Source of the DNA: Candidatus Poseidoniaceae archaeon
Lineage (GTDB): Archaea; Thermoplasmatota; Poseidoniia; Poseidoniales; Poseidoniaceae
DNA length: 39,942 bases
Direction of reading: 5' to 3'
NCBI GenBank assembly: GCA_022424925.1
Contig: JAKMGM010000113.1
Location: 1 to 39,942 of the forward strand
Shown here: in pieces, positions 1 through 8,852 of the stretch
Numbering within the stretch: the first letter of the stretch is position 1
Layout of the letters: the number at the start of each line of letters is the position of its first letter
The notes under the pieces: generated by a model
Told to the model about the DNA's origin: nothing
Databases searched by the model: none
What the model saw: the letters and a program-made list of their open reading frames with translations, nothing else
Program-made: the position numbers and the translations under genes

Positions 1-813
1 GTTACGGTGCATGTACCGTTTCCCATTGAAAGCGCAGATGTCGCATTTGAGGCCATCATGGCGGGTGTGACGGAACGAACCGTTTTGGCCATGATTGACA
101 CTGTTACGAGCCCGACTGGGTTGTTGATGCCGTTTGAACGGTTAACGAACGAACTCGAGGCGAAGGGGGTTTCAGTTTTGCTTGATGCCGCACACGGTAT
201 CGGCATGATACCTCTCGCTCTCGATGCATTGGGTGCGTCGTACGTAACAAGCAATTGCCACAAGTGGTTGTGTGCGCCGAAAGGCTCGGCTTTCCTCCAT
301 GTTCGAAAAGATGTGCAGCACCGCATTCACCCCCTCACGATAAGCCACGGCATGACGTTTCCTTTGGGCGATACAACCCGCTTTCGTCATGAGTTTGATT
401 GGACGGGAACTCGAGATATATCCGCAGCATGCTCAATTCCTGCCACCATAGAATACATGGAAAACATGGTCGAAGGCGGTTGGCCAGCCATCATGCAACA
501 CAATCACAATTTGGCCGTTGAGGGGCGACGTATTCTCTGTGAACGCCTTGGAATTGAAGCGCCGTGCCCAGACGATATGATTGCTAGCATTGCCACCTTG
601 CCGCTTCCAGACGAGCATCAAGACGGTGGAATGCCGTTGCACGAACCCGACCCGTTGCACAAGGTCTTGCAAGACACGTACGGGATTCAAGTCCCTGTTT
701 GGTCTTGGGAGTCACCAAAAGGGCGCTACATTCGAATTTCTGCTCAACTCTACAATCACGTTGACGAATACCACTATCTTGCTGATGCACTTGCTGAAGA
801 GCTTGGTGTTTAA
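1..813 (+). CDS. PLP-dependent class V aminotransferase (isopenicillin N epimerase / L-cysteine desulfhydrase-like), 5'-partial
   Basis: LLDAAHG and SNCHKWLCAPKG (PLP lysine) motifs, WTGTRD, and C-terminal IRISAQLYN. The frame is open to base 1. Confidence 0.85.
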   Translation, partial: VTVHVPFPIESADVAFEAIMAGVTERTVLAMIDTVTSPTGLLMPFERLTNELEAKGVSVLLDAAHGIGMIPLALDALGASYVTSNCHKWLCAPKGSAFLHVRKDVQHRIHPLTISHGMTFPLGDTTRFRHEFDWTGTRDISAACSIPATIEYMENMVEGGWPAIMQHNHNLAVEGRRILCERLGIEAPCPDDMIASIATLPLPDEHQDGGMPLHEPDPLHKVLQDTYGIQVPVWSWESPKGRYIRISAQLYNHVDEYHYLADALAEELGV

Positions 814-1167
814 TCAGAAAGTGAGGACTTTCTCACTGTCCTGAACCCATGCTGAACATTCAGCCATGGTCGAGAATTGTGCACCTTCGTAATACGGTTG
901 ACCCTTGAGCACACCACAACGGTTCTGACAGGTTCCGCAAACTTTGACCGGTACGCCATTGGCAATCAGTTCCTTGGTCATTGCAACCATGTCTTCAATT
1001 CCTTCCGGCGGTACTATGCCATCACGCGCTAAATCTACGCTATCGTTCATCAAAAACAACCGTACCTCCACACCGTCGTTGTTCAATTGACGTGCTAATC
1101 GAAGTGCGTTCCATGTTATGTCGGTTCCGTCATACGGTTGTCGGTTGAGAATGATGAGCGTAGCCAT
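814..1167 (-). CDS. DsrE/DsrF-like sulfur-relay family protein
   Basis: MATLIILNRQPY...ALRLA...VRLFLMNDSV...VCGTC...SEKVLTF. Start moved to ATG 1167, which has a TTTCAAG box 30 nt upstream. Confidence 0.85.
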   Translation of the reverse strand: MATLIILNRQPYDGTDITWNALRLARQLNNDGVEVRLFLMNDSVDLARDGIVPPEGIEDMVAMTKELIANGVPVKVCGTCQNRCGVLKGQPYYEGAQFSTMAECSAWVQDSEKVLTF

Positions 1168-1245
1168 GAAGACTCGATACAGGCACAGTGCTTGAAACCA
1201 ACGCTGAGATTTGGCGCGGCCTTGCAAACATGAGTTCAAAAGGTG

Positions 1246-4200
1246 ATGGCCAAACCAGCGGATATGGGAAGGTCGTTTGCTGATTTTGCGAATTGGCTTA
1301 TTCCGCATCGTAAACGCGTCCACATAGCCGTCTTTTTGCTCACGCTGCTGATGATTCCAGGCGTATTAACGGCACTCCAACCCATTGACATGGAATCCTA
1401 TGAAATGGATTCGCCAGAACTTGAAGCCCAATCTATCATCGACAATGAGTTCGCGAACTCTGAAATCATTCTCGGTTTCCTCGTATCGGCACGTGACCCT
1501 ACGCAGGTGCCGCCTATTGAAGAATGGACACCAGTCCCTCGAATGAGCGATGGCGCACCGGATTATGCATCACTGCCGAGCGCTACTGAAATGCTCGATT
1601 CAGGAGAGCCTTGGGGCGGCATAAATGCTCCAACCGCCGGCATCATGAACTTGACACTGCTGCAAGAAATCGACGCCAAAGTTGACCTTGTTCAAGACCA
1701 TCCGCTCAGTAAAGCGATGAAACCGCTGGTGAACGATGTAACCGGCAACCAGGCTCCCGGTGCAATATCGCTCTCCGACCACTTCCGTGGTTTCATGAAC
1801 GGCTCCTCGATTTTGACACAACCCGGCCTTACTACGCTTGGAATCGTGACTGAACCTCCAACCAACTGGACCGATTGCGGTGTACTCGAATGTCTCGAGT
1901 TTGACGATGAAAATGTAACGCAGCAACACATTGATCTTGCAGCATCACGAATGGCTGAAGCTTCCAACAACAACTTCCTTCGCTGGCTTTCACTCGACCG
2001 AGGCTTTGTCGCCGATATGAACGCACTGCAAACAGGTCCAGTTGGAGGCTCTCTCAACAGCAACGGTACTTGGGAAAACGCCTTTTTTGCTACCGGTCGA
2101 TGGTCTGCCTCTTCGACATGGTTACTCGTTCAGTTTGACCGAGGGGTACTCGAAGAAATGGGTTGGGAAGTGATTTGGAAAGATTCACTCCAAGAGAAAA
2201 GCCTCGATTTTTCCGATGACGGTATCAAAATAGGTGGGTATCGTGTTGCAGACGGCTCGCTTGTTCTTCACCCGCCACAGTACACAGAAGAGTATTGTCT
2301 TGAACAAATGGAAGAGGGAGCAGGGTGCTCGACAGAATGGTCGTACATGGACCTTGAAGGCCATCTGCGTTCCAACGACCGAACCACGATAACGCTCTTG
2401 CTTGGACAGGGTGTCAATGTCGAAGTGAACAGGGAATTGCAAGCAAGTGGAGGATTGGTTCTGCTGATGGGGCTTGCTATTGTTGGGTTGCTCTATGTCA
2501 GTCTGCGAAGGGTTTCAGACGTCATTATCGTCATGTTTGCTCTAGGTACTGCCCTCGTGTGGATGCAGGGTATGATTGGACACTTCTCAAGCCTCACTTC
2601 TTGGTTTGGCTTCTCGCTCATTGCTCGTTCCCAATTTTCTAATCTGTTACCAATTCTCGTTCTTGCGCTCGGCATCGACGACAGTTTACACGCGCTGCAC
2701 CGCTACAAGGAAGAGCGCAGCAAATCGCGCACGCCCGAACAAGCAGCACAAACAACCCTGCAACGTGTTGGCCGTGCCATCATGCTCACTTCTTTGACGA
2801 CGATGGCTGCCTTTGCAGCCAATCTTTTCAGCGACATTGCTGTGCTTCGTTCGTTTGGGATCGAAGCCGCACTTGGCATTTTCTCAGCCTTCCTCTTGAC
2901 CGGATTGTGGGTTCCACTGATCCGCCTGTCAGTAGACAAATGGATGCAGGAACGTAACAAGAACATCGAAGAATCAGGCGATGTCACGCACCTCATTCCT
3001 GAGCCGTGGCTGAAGAAAATTTCAGTCACTTCTGGTACCTTCAAAAACTCGGTTATCATTGCTTCGATTGCGTTTCTTCTAACGGTTCCGGCCGCCTGGG
3101 GAATGGCGCAATTGGAGGGCGATTTCGCCGTCGAAGATTTCCTTGACGAGCGCTCAGATTTCGCTATAGGGGTTCAAGAGATATCCCAACGCTTTGCTGA
3201 TGAAGGTGAGCCTGCATACTTGCTCATTGAAGGAGATATACTCGACCCGGCGGTGTTTGCTGCTATCGACACCTTCCGGCAAGACATGGATGCATTACCC
3301 GAAGGCGTGCCAGACAAGATAACACGGCAACCTGATGGAACCATTGACATTCTTGCTTTGGACGAAATGGTGCTTGCGGCTCAGGGTTCACTCGTACTTG
3401 ATTCAACGCCGTTTGAAGAAGCAGGATGGGTCGTCAACCAGACCGGTCACGGCATGAATTGTTCAGATGCAAGCAACGGCCCGCTGATGGATTTGACCGA
3501 CCGCGATTGTCTCTCGTTCTTTTACGGCTTCCTGTCGCTGAACGGCGTTCCTGGCGTCGGCCCGATTCCAGATATCCCCCCAAGTATAGTTGCGCTCTAT
3601 ATCGCACCTGAAGTCGAACTGGACCCGACGCAGCCTTGGTTGGACATCAACGGCGAACCTGCTGCTTACGATCGAATGTTAATCCGATTTGGAATGACTG
3701 CTCCAGAGGATTTCCCAGGAATGGCTGGAGGCATGGAAGAGGTATGGCGTGACCTCTCATCGTTCACGAATCTCTCCACTGGCGACCGTTTCGAAGCCGG
3801 TGAACCCAGTGAAGACAAACCACTGACATGGGTGATGACCACCGGTCGCCCAGTAACCCGTTTTGTTGCTTCGACGACGATGCAGGATGAAATGCAATCT
3901 TCGCTTTTACTCGGTTCGCTGTTTGTTTTCATCACGCTTTCAATCGGCTTCAAGTCGTTCAAACAAGCCAGCGTCACACTTGTTCCAATCTTGCTGGTGG
4001 TTGTTTGGTTGTACGGTCTCATGTACATGGCCGGTTCATCGCTGAACATTGTCACCGTTACGATTGCTACCATATCGCTCGGCGTTGGGATCGACTATTG
4101 TATCCACGTCACTGAACGGTATCGCGAAGGGAGAGAATCAGGTGAGACACACCATGAAGCCCTTGTTGGCATCGGTGGGGCCTGCGGTTTGGCTTTGGTC

Positions 4201-4401
4201 GGAAGTGCTGCATCAGACATTGCAGGTTTCAGCGTTATTGCTTTGTCTCCAATGGGGCTGTTCAGTAATTTCGGAATATTCTCCGCTGCAATGATTGCCT
4301 TTTCTCTCATTGCCAGCCTTGTTCTCACCACAGCGGCTTTAGGCCTCATAGCCCGTACTCCGAATGCAGAGGATGAGCACGATGGAAGTCCGGCCGCTTG
4401 A
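1246..4401 (+). CDS. RND/MMPL family transporter
   Basis: Two repeats of a large extracytoplasmic loop plus a TM bundle, with LGIDDSLH and GVGIDYCIH motifs. Confidence 0.9.
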   Translation: MAKPADMGRSFADFANWLIPHRKRVHIAVFLLTLLMIPGVLTALQPIDMESYEMDSPELEAQSIIDNEFANSEIILGFLVSARDPTQVPPIEEWTPVPRMSDGAPDYASLPSATEMLDSGEPWGGINAPTAGIMNLTLLQEIDAKVDLVQDHPLSKAMKPLVNDVTGNQAPGAISLSDHFRGFMNGSSILTQPGLTTLGIVTEPPTNWTDCGVLECLEFDDENVTQQHIDLAASRMAEASNNNFLRWLSLDRGFVADMNALQTGPVGGSLNSNGTWENAFFATGRWSASSTWLLVQFDRGVLEEMGWEVIWKDSLQEKSLDFSDDGIKIGGYRVADGSLVLHPPQYTEEYCLEQMEEGAGCSTEWSYMDLEGHLRSNDRTTITLLLGQGVNVEVNRELQASGGLVLLMGLAIVGLLYVSLRRVSDVIIVMFALGTALVWMQGMIGHFSSLTSWFGFSLIARSQFSNLLPILVLALGIDDSLHALHRYKEERSKSRTPEQAAQTTLQRVGRAIMLTSLTTMAAFAANLFSDIAVLRSFGIEAALGIFSAFLLTGLWVPLIRLSVDKWMQERNKNIEESGDVTHLIPEPWLKKISVTSGTFKNSVIIASIAFLLTVPAAWGMAQLEGDFAVEDFLDERSDFAIGVQEISQRFADEGEPAYLLIEGDILDPAVFAAIDTFRQDMDALPEGVPDKITRQPDGTIDILALDEMVLAAQGSLVLDSTPFEEAGWVVNQTGHGMNCSDASNGPLMDLTDRDCLSFFYGFLSLNGVPGVGPIPDIPPSIVALYIAPEVELDPTQPWLDINGEPAAYDRMLIRFGMTAPEDFPGMAGGMEEVWRDLSSFTNLSTGDRFEAGEPSEDKPLTWVMTTGRPVTRFVASTTMQDEMQSSLLLGSLFVFITLSIGFKSFKQASVTLVPILLVVVWLYGLMYMAGSSLNIVTVTIATISLGVGIDYCIHVTERYREGRESGETHHEALVGIGGACGLALVGSAASDIAGFSVIALSPMGLFSNFGIFSAAMIAFSLIASLVLTTAALGLIARTPNAEDEHDGSPAA

Positions 4402-4855
4402 AACAGCTGATGTCGAATTGGCTTGGAACATTAACGAACAGGGCTTACCCGGGACAGGTAAAGTTTCACTCGACGAGTTTTCTGACATACTTTCGTTGTG
4501 CGAGTATGCTATTGGCGCGTTTGAGAGTCAGCAACTGCTCGGTTTCGTCCTCTGCTTGGCGCCGGGAACCAGATATGGCAGCCTCAATTATGGTTGGTTC
4601 AATGAGCGTTTTTCAGAATTTCTCTATGTTGACCGTATTGCTGTAGCCCTCACTCATCGAGATAGAGGCATTGGCTCCATGCTGTACAACAGTGTATTCC
4701 TTCGAGCCGGCGTGCAGAAAATCCCCGTCGTCGCTGAAGTGAATCGAACACCTCCAAACCCCGGTTCACTTCGCTTCCACAAGCGGCATGGCTTCGAACG
4801 AGTTGGTGAGTTCCATCATGATTCGAAATCTGTAGTAATGCTGCTGCGTCGCTAA
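4373..4855 (+). CDS. GNAT family N-acetyltransferase
   Basis: FLYVDRIAV..HRDRGIGSMLY acetyl-CoA motif and NPGSLRFHKRHGF. Overlaps the RND stop. Start is 4373 or 4382. Confidence 0.85.
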   Translation: MSTMEVRPLETADVELAWNINEQGLPGTGKVSLDEFSDILSLCEYAIGAFESQQLLGFVLCLAPGTRYGSLNYGWFNERFSEFLYVDRIAVALTHRDRGIGSMLYNSVFLRAGVQKIPVVAEVNRTPPNPGSLRFHKRHGFERVGEFHHDSKSVVMLLRR

Positions 4856-4917
4856 AAATAAGTAGTTTTTTCGATGAACGGAGTAGTGTTTAAGAGGATG
4901 ATACAATTTCCAAGAAC

Positions 4918-5388
4918 ATGGAAGATGGTGGCTCTTCGGATTCGAAGAAGCCGCCCGAAACCGTTTTGATTCAACCCTCGAATCCTGCGCCAGTTCATCT
5001 TAGCGGCGAAATCTCATCACCGCTCGCCTACAATCCCCAACTTCAGGGCAATACGCTCCCTCTTCCAAACGACGGCAAACCATCGATTTACACGTTTTTC
5101 ATATCGTTACTTGGCATCATTGTATCAACCGGCTATGTTTTTTTGAGCGCAAATGTGGGCATGGGTTCGAGCTTTGACGAGGAAATCGCTTGTTGTCTTC
5201 TTTGTAACGGAAATGCGCTTGGAATGGTCGGCATAGGAACATATTTAGTTCAAAGAGGAAATTGGGAATCGACTCAAAATCATACATTTTCGAGGACATT
5301 GTCGCACATCATTGCTGCTCTTTTGTTCCTTGTATCTGGACTCTTCTTCTTCCTATGGATTACATTTTCGGGCGATTTGTTCTACTAA
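4918..5388 (+). CDS. Hypothetical membrane protein (about 3 TM, Pro-rich N-terminus)
   Basis: Fills the gap between genes, has hydrophobic segments, and has a TTTAAG box 29 nt upstream of the ATG. Confidence 0.65.
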   Translation: MEDGGSSDSKKPPETVLIQPSNPAPVHLSGEISSPLAYNPQLQGNTLPLPNDGKPSIYTFFISLLGIIVSTGYVFLSANVGMGSSFDEEIACCLLCNGNALGMVGIGTYLVQRGNWESTQNHTFSRTLSHIIAALLFLVSGLFFFLWITFSGDLFY

Positions 5389-5471
5389 ATTCAATATCGG
5401 TGAGTTCATCAATGAGAGGTTTCAGGGTGTGCTGCTGTCTTTGGGGTTGACCCCGGGTTAGTGGTGATTGT

Positions 5472-7229
5472 ATGGCCGAAAAAACACCTTCTGAAAACGA
5501 TGATGCTGATGAGGATTGGATGAAGTATGCCAATGCTGGTTTTGGAGAAACAGATTATTCGTTATGGGATGAGGAGAGTGCCGATCTAGAGCAACCCGTG
5601 AACGATGATGAATGGGACCAAGATTTCGAATCGCCAGACCAACTCAGTACGCACATGGAGGAAATCCCCCGTGCTCCATCTCCTGCAGGCCATAAACATC
5701 TGGTACGAATTGGAACATGTGACCACTGTCTCGGCCGATTGGGTGGAAAGAAACGATTTGAGCAGAGTATCGAAGAATCTGGGGTTGAAATCCGTGCAGT
5801 TGTTACTGAACGAGATTCGCACTTATCCAATGCACGCATAGACGAGCCTCTCTGTCCTTTTTGTGAAAACTTGTATGAAGAATCAGCGCTGCTCGCTGAC
5901 ATCATCTTCGATTCAATTTCGCCGTATGAACTCTCAAGATTGCAACTCGGAGCCCGTATTCCAAAGGACCAAATGGAAGAGGAAGAGGAAATGAGAAAAC
6001 GCTACGGAGCCGGCGGTTCCGATCCGCTCAAGAGTGGACTCGTGAAAGCGATTGCACATCACCTCAACACTCGACTTGAAGGCATTACTTTAGTCAATGA
6101 TAAACCCCAAGTCCTTGCGCTCATTGACGTGTTAACACTCACGGTCGAACTTGATATCCGTGCGCATTACCTTTACGGACGATACCTCAAACTCGAACGA
6201 GGCATTCCCCAAACTCGTTGGCCGTGTAGGGCATGCAAAGGCCGTGGATGCCAACGCTGCGAACAAACTGGCCTCCAATACAAGAAAAGCGTTCAAGATC
6301 TGATAGGTAATCCCTTACTCGAACTTTTTGATGCGAAAGAACACGCCTTCCATGGCATGGGTCGCGAAGATATCGATGTCCGTTGTATGGGCCGAGGCCG
6401 TCCGTTTGTCATCGAAATGAAAGAACCTAAAATTCGCTCTGTCGATACGGTGAAAGCGATGAACATCATCAATGAGGCAGCCGAAGGTAGCATACAAATC
6501 ACAGGCCTTCGTGATTCAAACAGAAGCGAGGTCGTCCGTGTTAAGGATACGCCTGCCGAAAAATCCTACACGATACGCTTCCGAATATTGCCACTGAGTG
6601 AAGCAGAAATGTCAGTGCTGACCGCACCTGTTGATTTGACACACGTCGATGTGCAGGAACGAGGCGGCAAAGGGAAAAAGAAGTCTTCGAAGAGAAAGCG
6701 TCGTGGCGACCGTAAAAATGACCACAAGAAGCCGCTTCCTTCGGTCATCGATGTGCCTGTGGGCCCCGATGAAGCAACATTAACGGCAATGAAGAAACTC
6801 GAACTTGTTGCACTTGCTGAAGAGATGAACCTCAAGAAGTCGGGTACGAAACCGCAAATCATTGAACGTATACTCTCGACAGGTCCACCTGCCCCCACAT
6901 ACCTGGACCTACCAGAAAACGAGGAAATCTTGGAAACCATCAAAGCACTTTCTGGCGTTAAATTAGCGCAACGAACCCCGGAACGCGTCGCTCACCGGAG
7001 AGCGGACCTTATTCGGCGCCGGACCGTATATGAAACGTCAAATCCACGCATTGAAACGATGGAAGACGGGGTACGCGAAGTCGAGTTCACCTTACGCTGC
7101 GAATCAGGGACGTATGTCAAAGAAACAGTCCATGGCGATGGAGGCCGAACACAGCCAAGTCTATCCACACTCATCAAAGCAAAATGCGAGGTTTTGTGGC
7201 TCGATGTCGGTGATATTCACGCAGATTGA
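5472..7229 (+). CDS. pus10: tRNA pseudouridine(54/55) synthase Pus10 with an inserted basic tract and SAP-like domain
   Basis: CDHCLGR..CPFC Zn site, YGRYLKLERGIPQTRW, catalytic GREDIDVR, QRTPERVAHRR and GTYVKE. Lies next to rpl21e. Confidence 0.95.
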   Translation: MAEKTPSENDDADEDWMKYANAGFGETDYSLWDEESADLEQPVNDDEWDQDFESPDQLSTHMEEIPRAPSPAGHKHLVRIGTCDHCLGRLGGKKRFEQSIEESGVEIRAVVTERDSHLSNARIDEPLCPFCENLYEESALLADIIFDSISPYELSRLQLGARIPKDQMEEEEEMRKRYGAGGSDPLKSGLVKAIAHHLNTRLEGITLVNDKPQVLALIDVLTLTVELDIRAHYLYGRYLKLERGIPQTRWPCRACKGRGCQRCEQTGLQYKKSVQDLIGNPLLELFDAKEHAFHGMGREDIDVRCMGRGRPFVIEMKEPKIRSVDTVKAMNIINEAAEGSIQITGLRDSNRSEVVRVKDTPAEKSYTIRFRILPLSEAEMSVLTAPVDLTHVDVQERGGKGKKKSSKRKRRGDRKNDHKKPLPSVIDVPVGPDEATLTAMKKLELVALAEEMNLKKSGTKPQIIERILSTGPPAPTYLDLPENEEILETIKALSGVKLAQRTPERVAHRRADLIRRRTVYETSNPRIETMEDGVREVEFTLRCESGTYVKETVHGDGGRTQPSLSTLIKAKCEVLWLDVGDIHAD

Positions 7230-7294
7230 ACCTTCATAACGAGTGTTTTGAGGATGTTTTTCTACATTCAGCCCCTCTTTCATCCGTCGCGGTG

Positions 7295-7302
7295 CTTATA
7301 TG
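7295..7302 (+). promoter_or_regulatory. TATA box for rpl21e-rpoF operon
   Basis: CTTATATG. Spacing seen elsewhere in the window predicts a TSS near G7324. SD GGAGG at 7360. Confidence 0.55.
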
Positions 7303-7323
7303 GGAAAGGTAGGTCGCCAAACT

Positions 7324-7354
7324 GCTCCGAAGATGCGTTACGCAGACACGGGGC
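7324..7354 (+). promoter_or_regulatory. Putative structured 5' leader of rpl21e
   Basis: GCTCCG/CGGGGC stem, AAGA/GACA internal loop and TGCG-TTA-CGCA apical hairpin. Confidence 0.45.
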
Positions 7355-7372
7355 TTACAGGAGGCGACAAAC

Positions 7373-7663
7373 ATGAAGCGATCCAAAGGACTGAGAGTCG
7401 GTACAAGAAGCGTCCTGCGTCGACGCAAGTCGGAACGTAGCCGTGTAAACATCAGCCGCGTTATGCACGACTATCAAGAAGGCGACCGAGTGGCTATTGT
7501 CCTTGATGGCGGTCAACAAATGGGCATGCCCCACCGCCGTTTCAACGGTCGAACAGGATTCATCCAGAAGCGCCAAGGTGTCGCTTGGGTTGTTGCAGTC
7601 AAAGACGGTAACATGCCAAAGACAGTCATCGCTCGCCCAGAGCATTTGCGCCCACTCGAATGA
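7373..7663 (+). CDS. rpl21e: 50S ribosomal protein L21e
   Basis: MKRSKGLR..TR, GDRVAI, GMPHRRFNGRTG and RPEHLRP. Confidence 0.97.
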   Translation: MKRSKGLRVGTRSVLRRRKSERSRVNISRVMHDYQEGDRVAIVLDGGQQMGMPHRRFNGRTGFIQKRQGVAWVVAVKDGNMPKTVIARPEHLRPLE

Positions 7664-7672
7664 GGAATTACC

Positions 7673-8035
7673 ATGACTGAAGAAGAGCGATTTGTTGACT
7701 TTGCTACCGTGCGAACAATGCTTTTGGAAGCTGAAAAGCGCCGAAAGAACCTCACCTATGAGCAAAAAGCTGCATTGCAGCACGCTGAATGGGCCGCTAG
7801 CGATGCACGTAACGGATTCAAGACAGACCCCGAAGTCTTTCAACAATTGAAAGATGCTCTTTGTGAAGTAAAAACACTTTCATCCCTGCCGCATCTGGCT
7901 GCAAAGTTGGCTGAATTGATGCCGTTGTACCCCAATGATGTCAAGGCGGTATTGGCCTCCGAACGAAAGACTATTCCAGACGACGAAATCAACTCTGTGT
8001 TGGAAATTGTTCGTCAACACATCGGTTTCGAGTGA
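7673..8035 (+). CDS. rpoF: RNA polymerase subunit F (Rpo4)
   Basis: LTYEQKAALQHA and AAKLAELMP motifs. Sits at the conserved position after rpl21e. Confidence 0.92.
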   Translation: MTEEERFVDFATVRTMLLEAEKRRKNLTYEQKAALQHAEWAASDARNGFKTDPEVFQQLKDALCEVKTLSSLPHLAAKLAELMPLYPNDVKAVLASERKTIPDDEINSVLEIVRQHIGFE

Positions 8036-8060
8036 AACTTATCCCGCAAGGTGATTGGAC

Positions 8061-8852
8061 ATGACCGGTGGACGAAAAGACCGTAACATCAAGTTAGGTG
8101 CTGGAAAGAAAAAGCCATCACCATCCACTGGCTCTACATCATGGTCGAGACCAGCTGAAGGACGTAAAGAAGTCGCTCCCGCCAAACCCCGGCAATCTCG
8201 GCCTCAACCTCAGCGCGATAACAACCGCCGGAACGATAACCGACGTGGCAATCAAAACCGTCAAGGCGGACGCCGTGGAAACCGAACATCGGGTCCACAG
8301 ACCAAATCTCCGCTTATGGAAGAGGATTGGGCTCGAGTCATCGATCATGACCAAACCCGAAACGAAATCGTTGCCGTCACTGAAGGAAAGATGCTCCTCT
8401 GCCGCCTCAAACCGAAACCAAACATAACGCCCTTACTCACCACCGCTCGCGTGTACATTGGTACCGATGAGAACCTTCGGGAGCACGTCGACCAAGTTCT
8501 CGGCATGACGAACATCGGCAGAGTTGCGAATCACGTGAAGGCCGACCTGCCGTTGGTGATTCAAATCTTCGTTGAAGAAAATGAGCAGCATTTCATTAGC
8601 GCCTTTTTCAATGTGGCCGGCAACATGTCCCTCAAACAACACGCCTTTGAATTACTTTCAGGCGTTGGTAACAAGAAGGCCATACAGATGGTTGAAGCAC
8701 GTGGCTCTTCAGGCTTCGAATCTTTGGAAGCCCTCAACGAAGCATGTAACATTGATGCCGGTGAACTGCTCGCAAAGCGTTTCCTTGCCGAATTGGATGA
8801 CAGGGAAATGCAACCGCGGCTTCTCGACCTGCTTTTGCCGGTGAAGGCATGA
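8061..8852 (+). CDS. DUF655 family putative RNA-binding protein with basic N-terminal extension
   Basis: EEDWARVID, FFNVAG..SLKQHAFELLSGVGNKK (HhH) and FESLEAL. Lies between rpoF and ksgA. Confidence 0.85.
   Translation: MTGGRKDRNIKLGAGKKKPSPSTGSTSWSRPAEGRKEVAPAKPRQSRPQPQRDNNRRNDNRRGNQNRQGGRRGNRTSGPQTKSPLMEEDWARVIDHDQTRNEIVAVTEGKMLLCRLKPKPNITPLLTTARVYIGTDENLREHVDQVLGMTNIGRVANHVKADLPLVIQIFVEENEQHFISAFFNVAGNMSLKQHAFELLSGVGNKKAIQMVEARGSSGFESLEALNEACNIDAGELLAKRFLAELDDREMQPRLLDLLLPVKA

Noticed and set aside
5443-5460. Small GGGG-TTGA-CCCC hairpin before pus10
   Set aside because: A 4-bp stem is too short to distinguish from chance.
6590-6915. Intein in Pus10 (also checked RadA)
   Set aside because: No N-terminal Cys/Ser block, no His-Asn/Cys junction and no LAGLIDADG motif. 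RadA has normal length.
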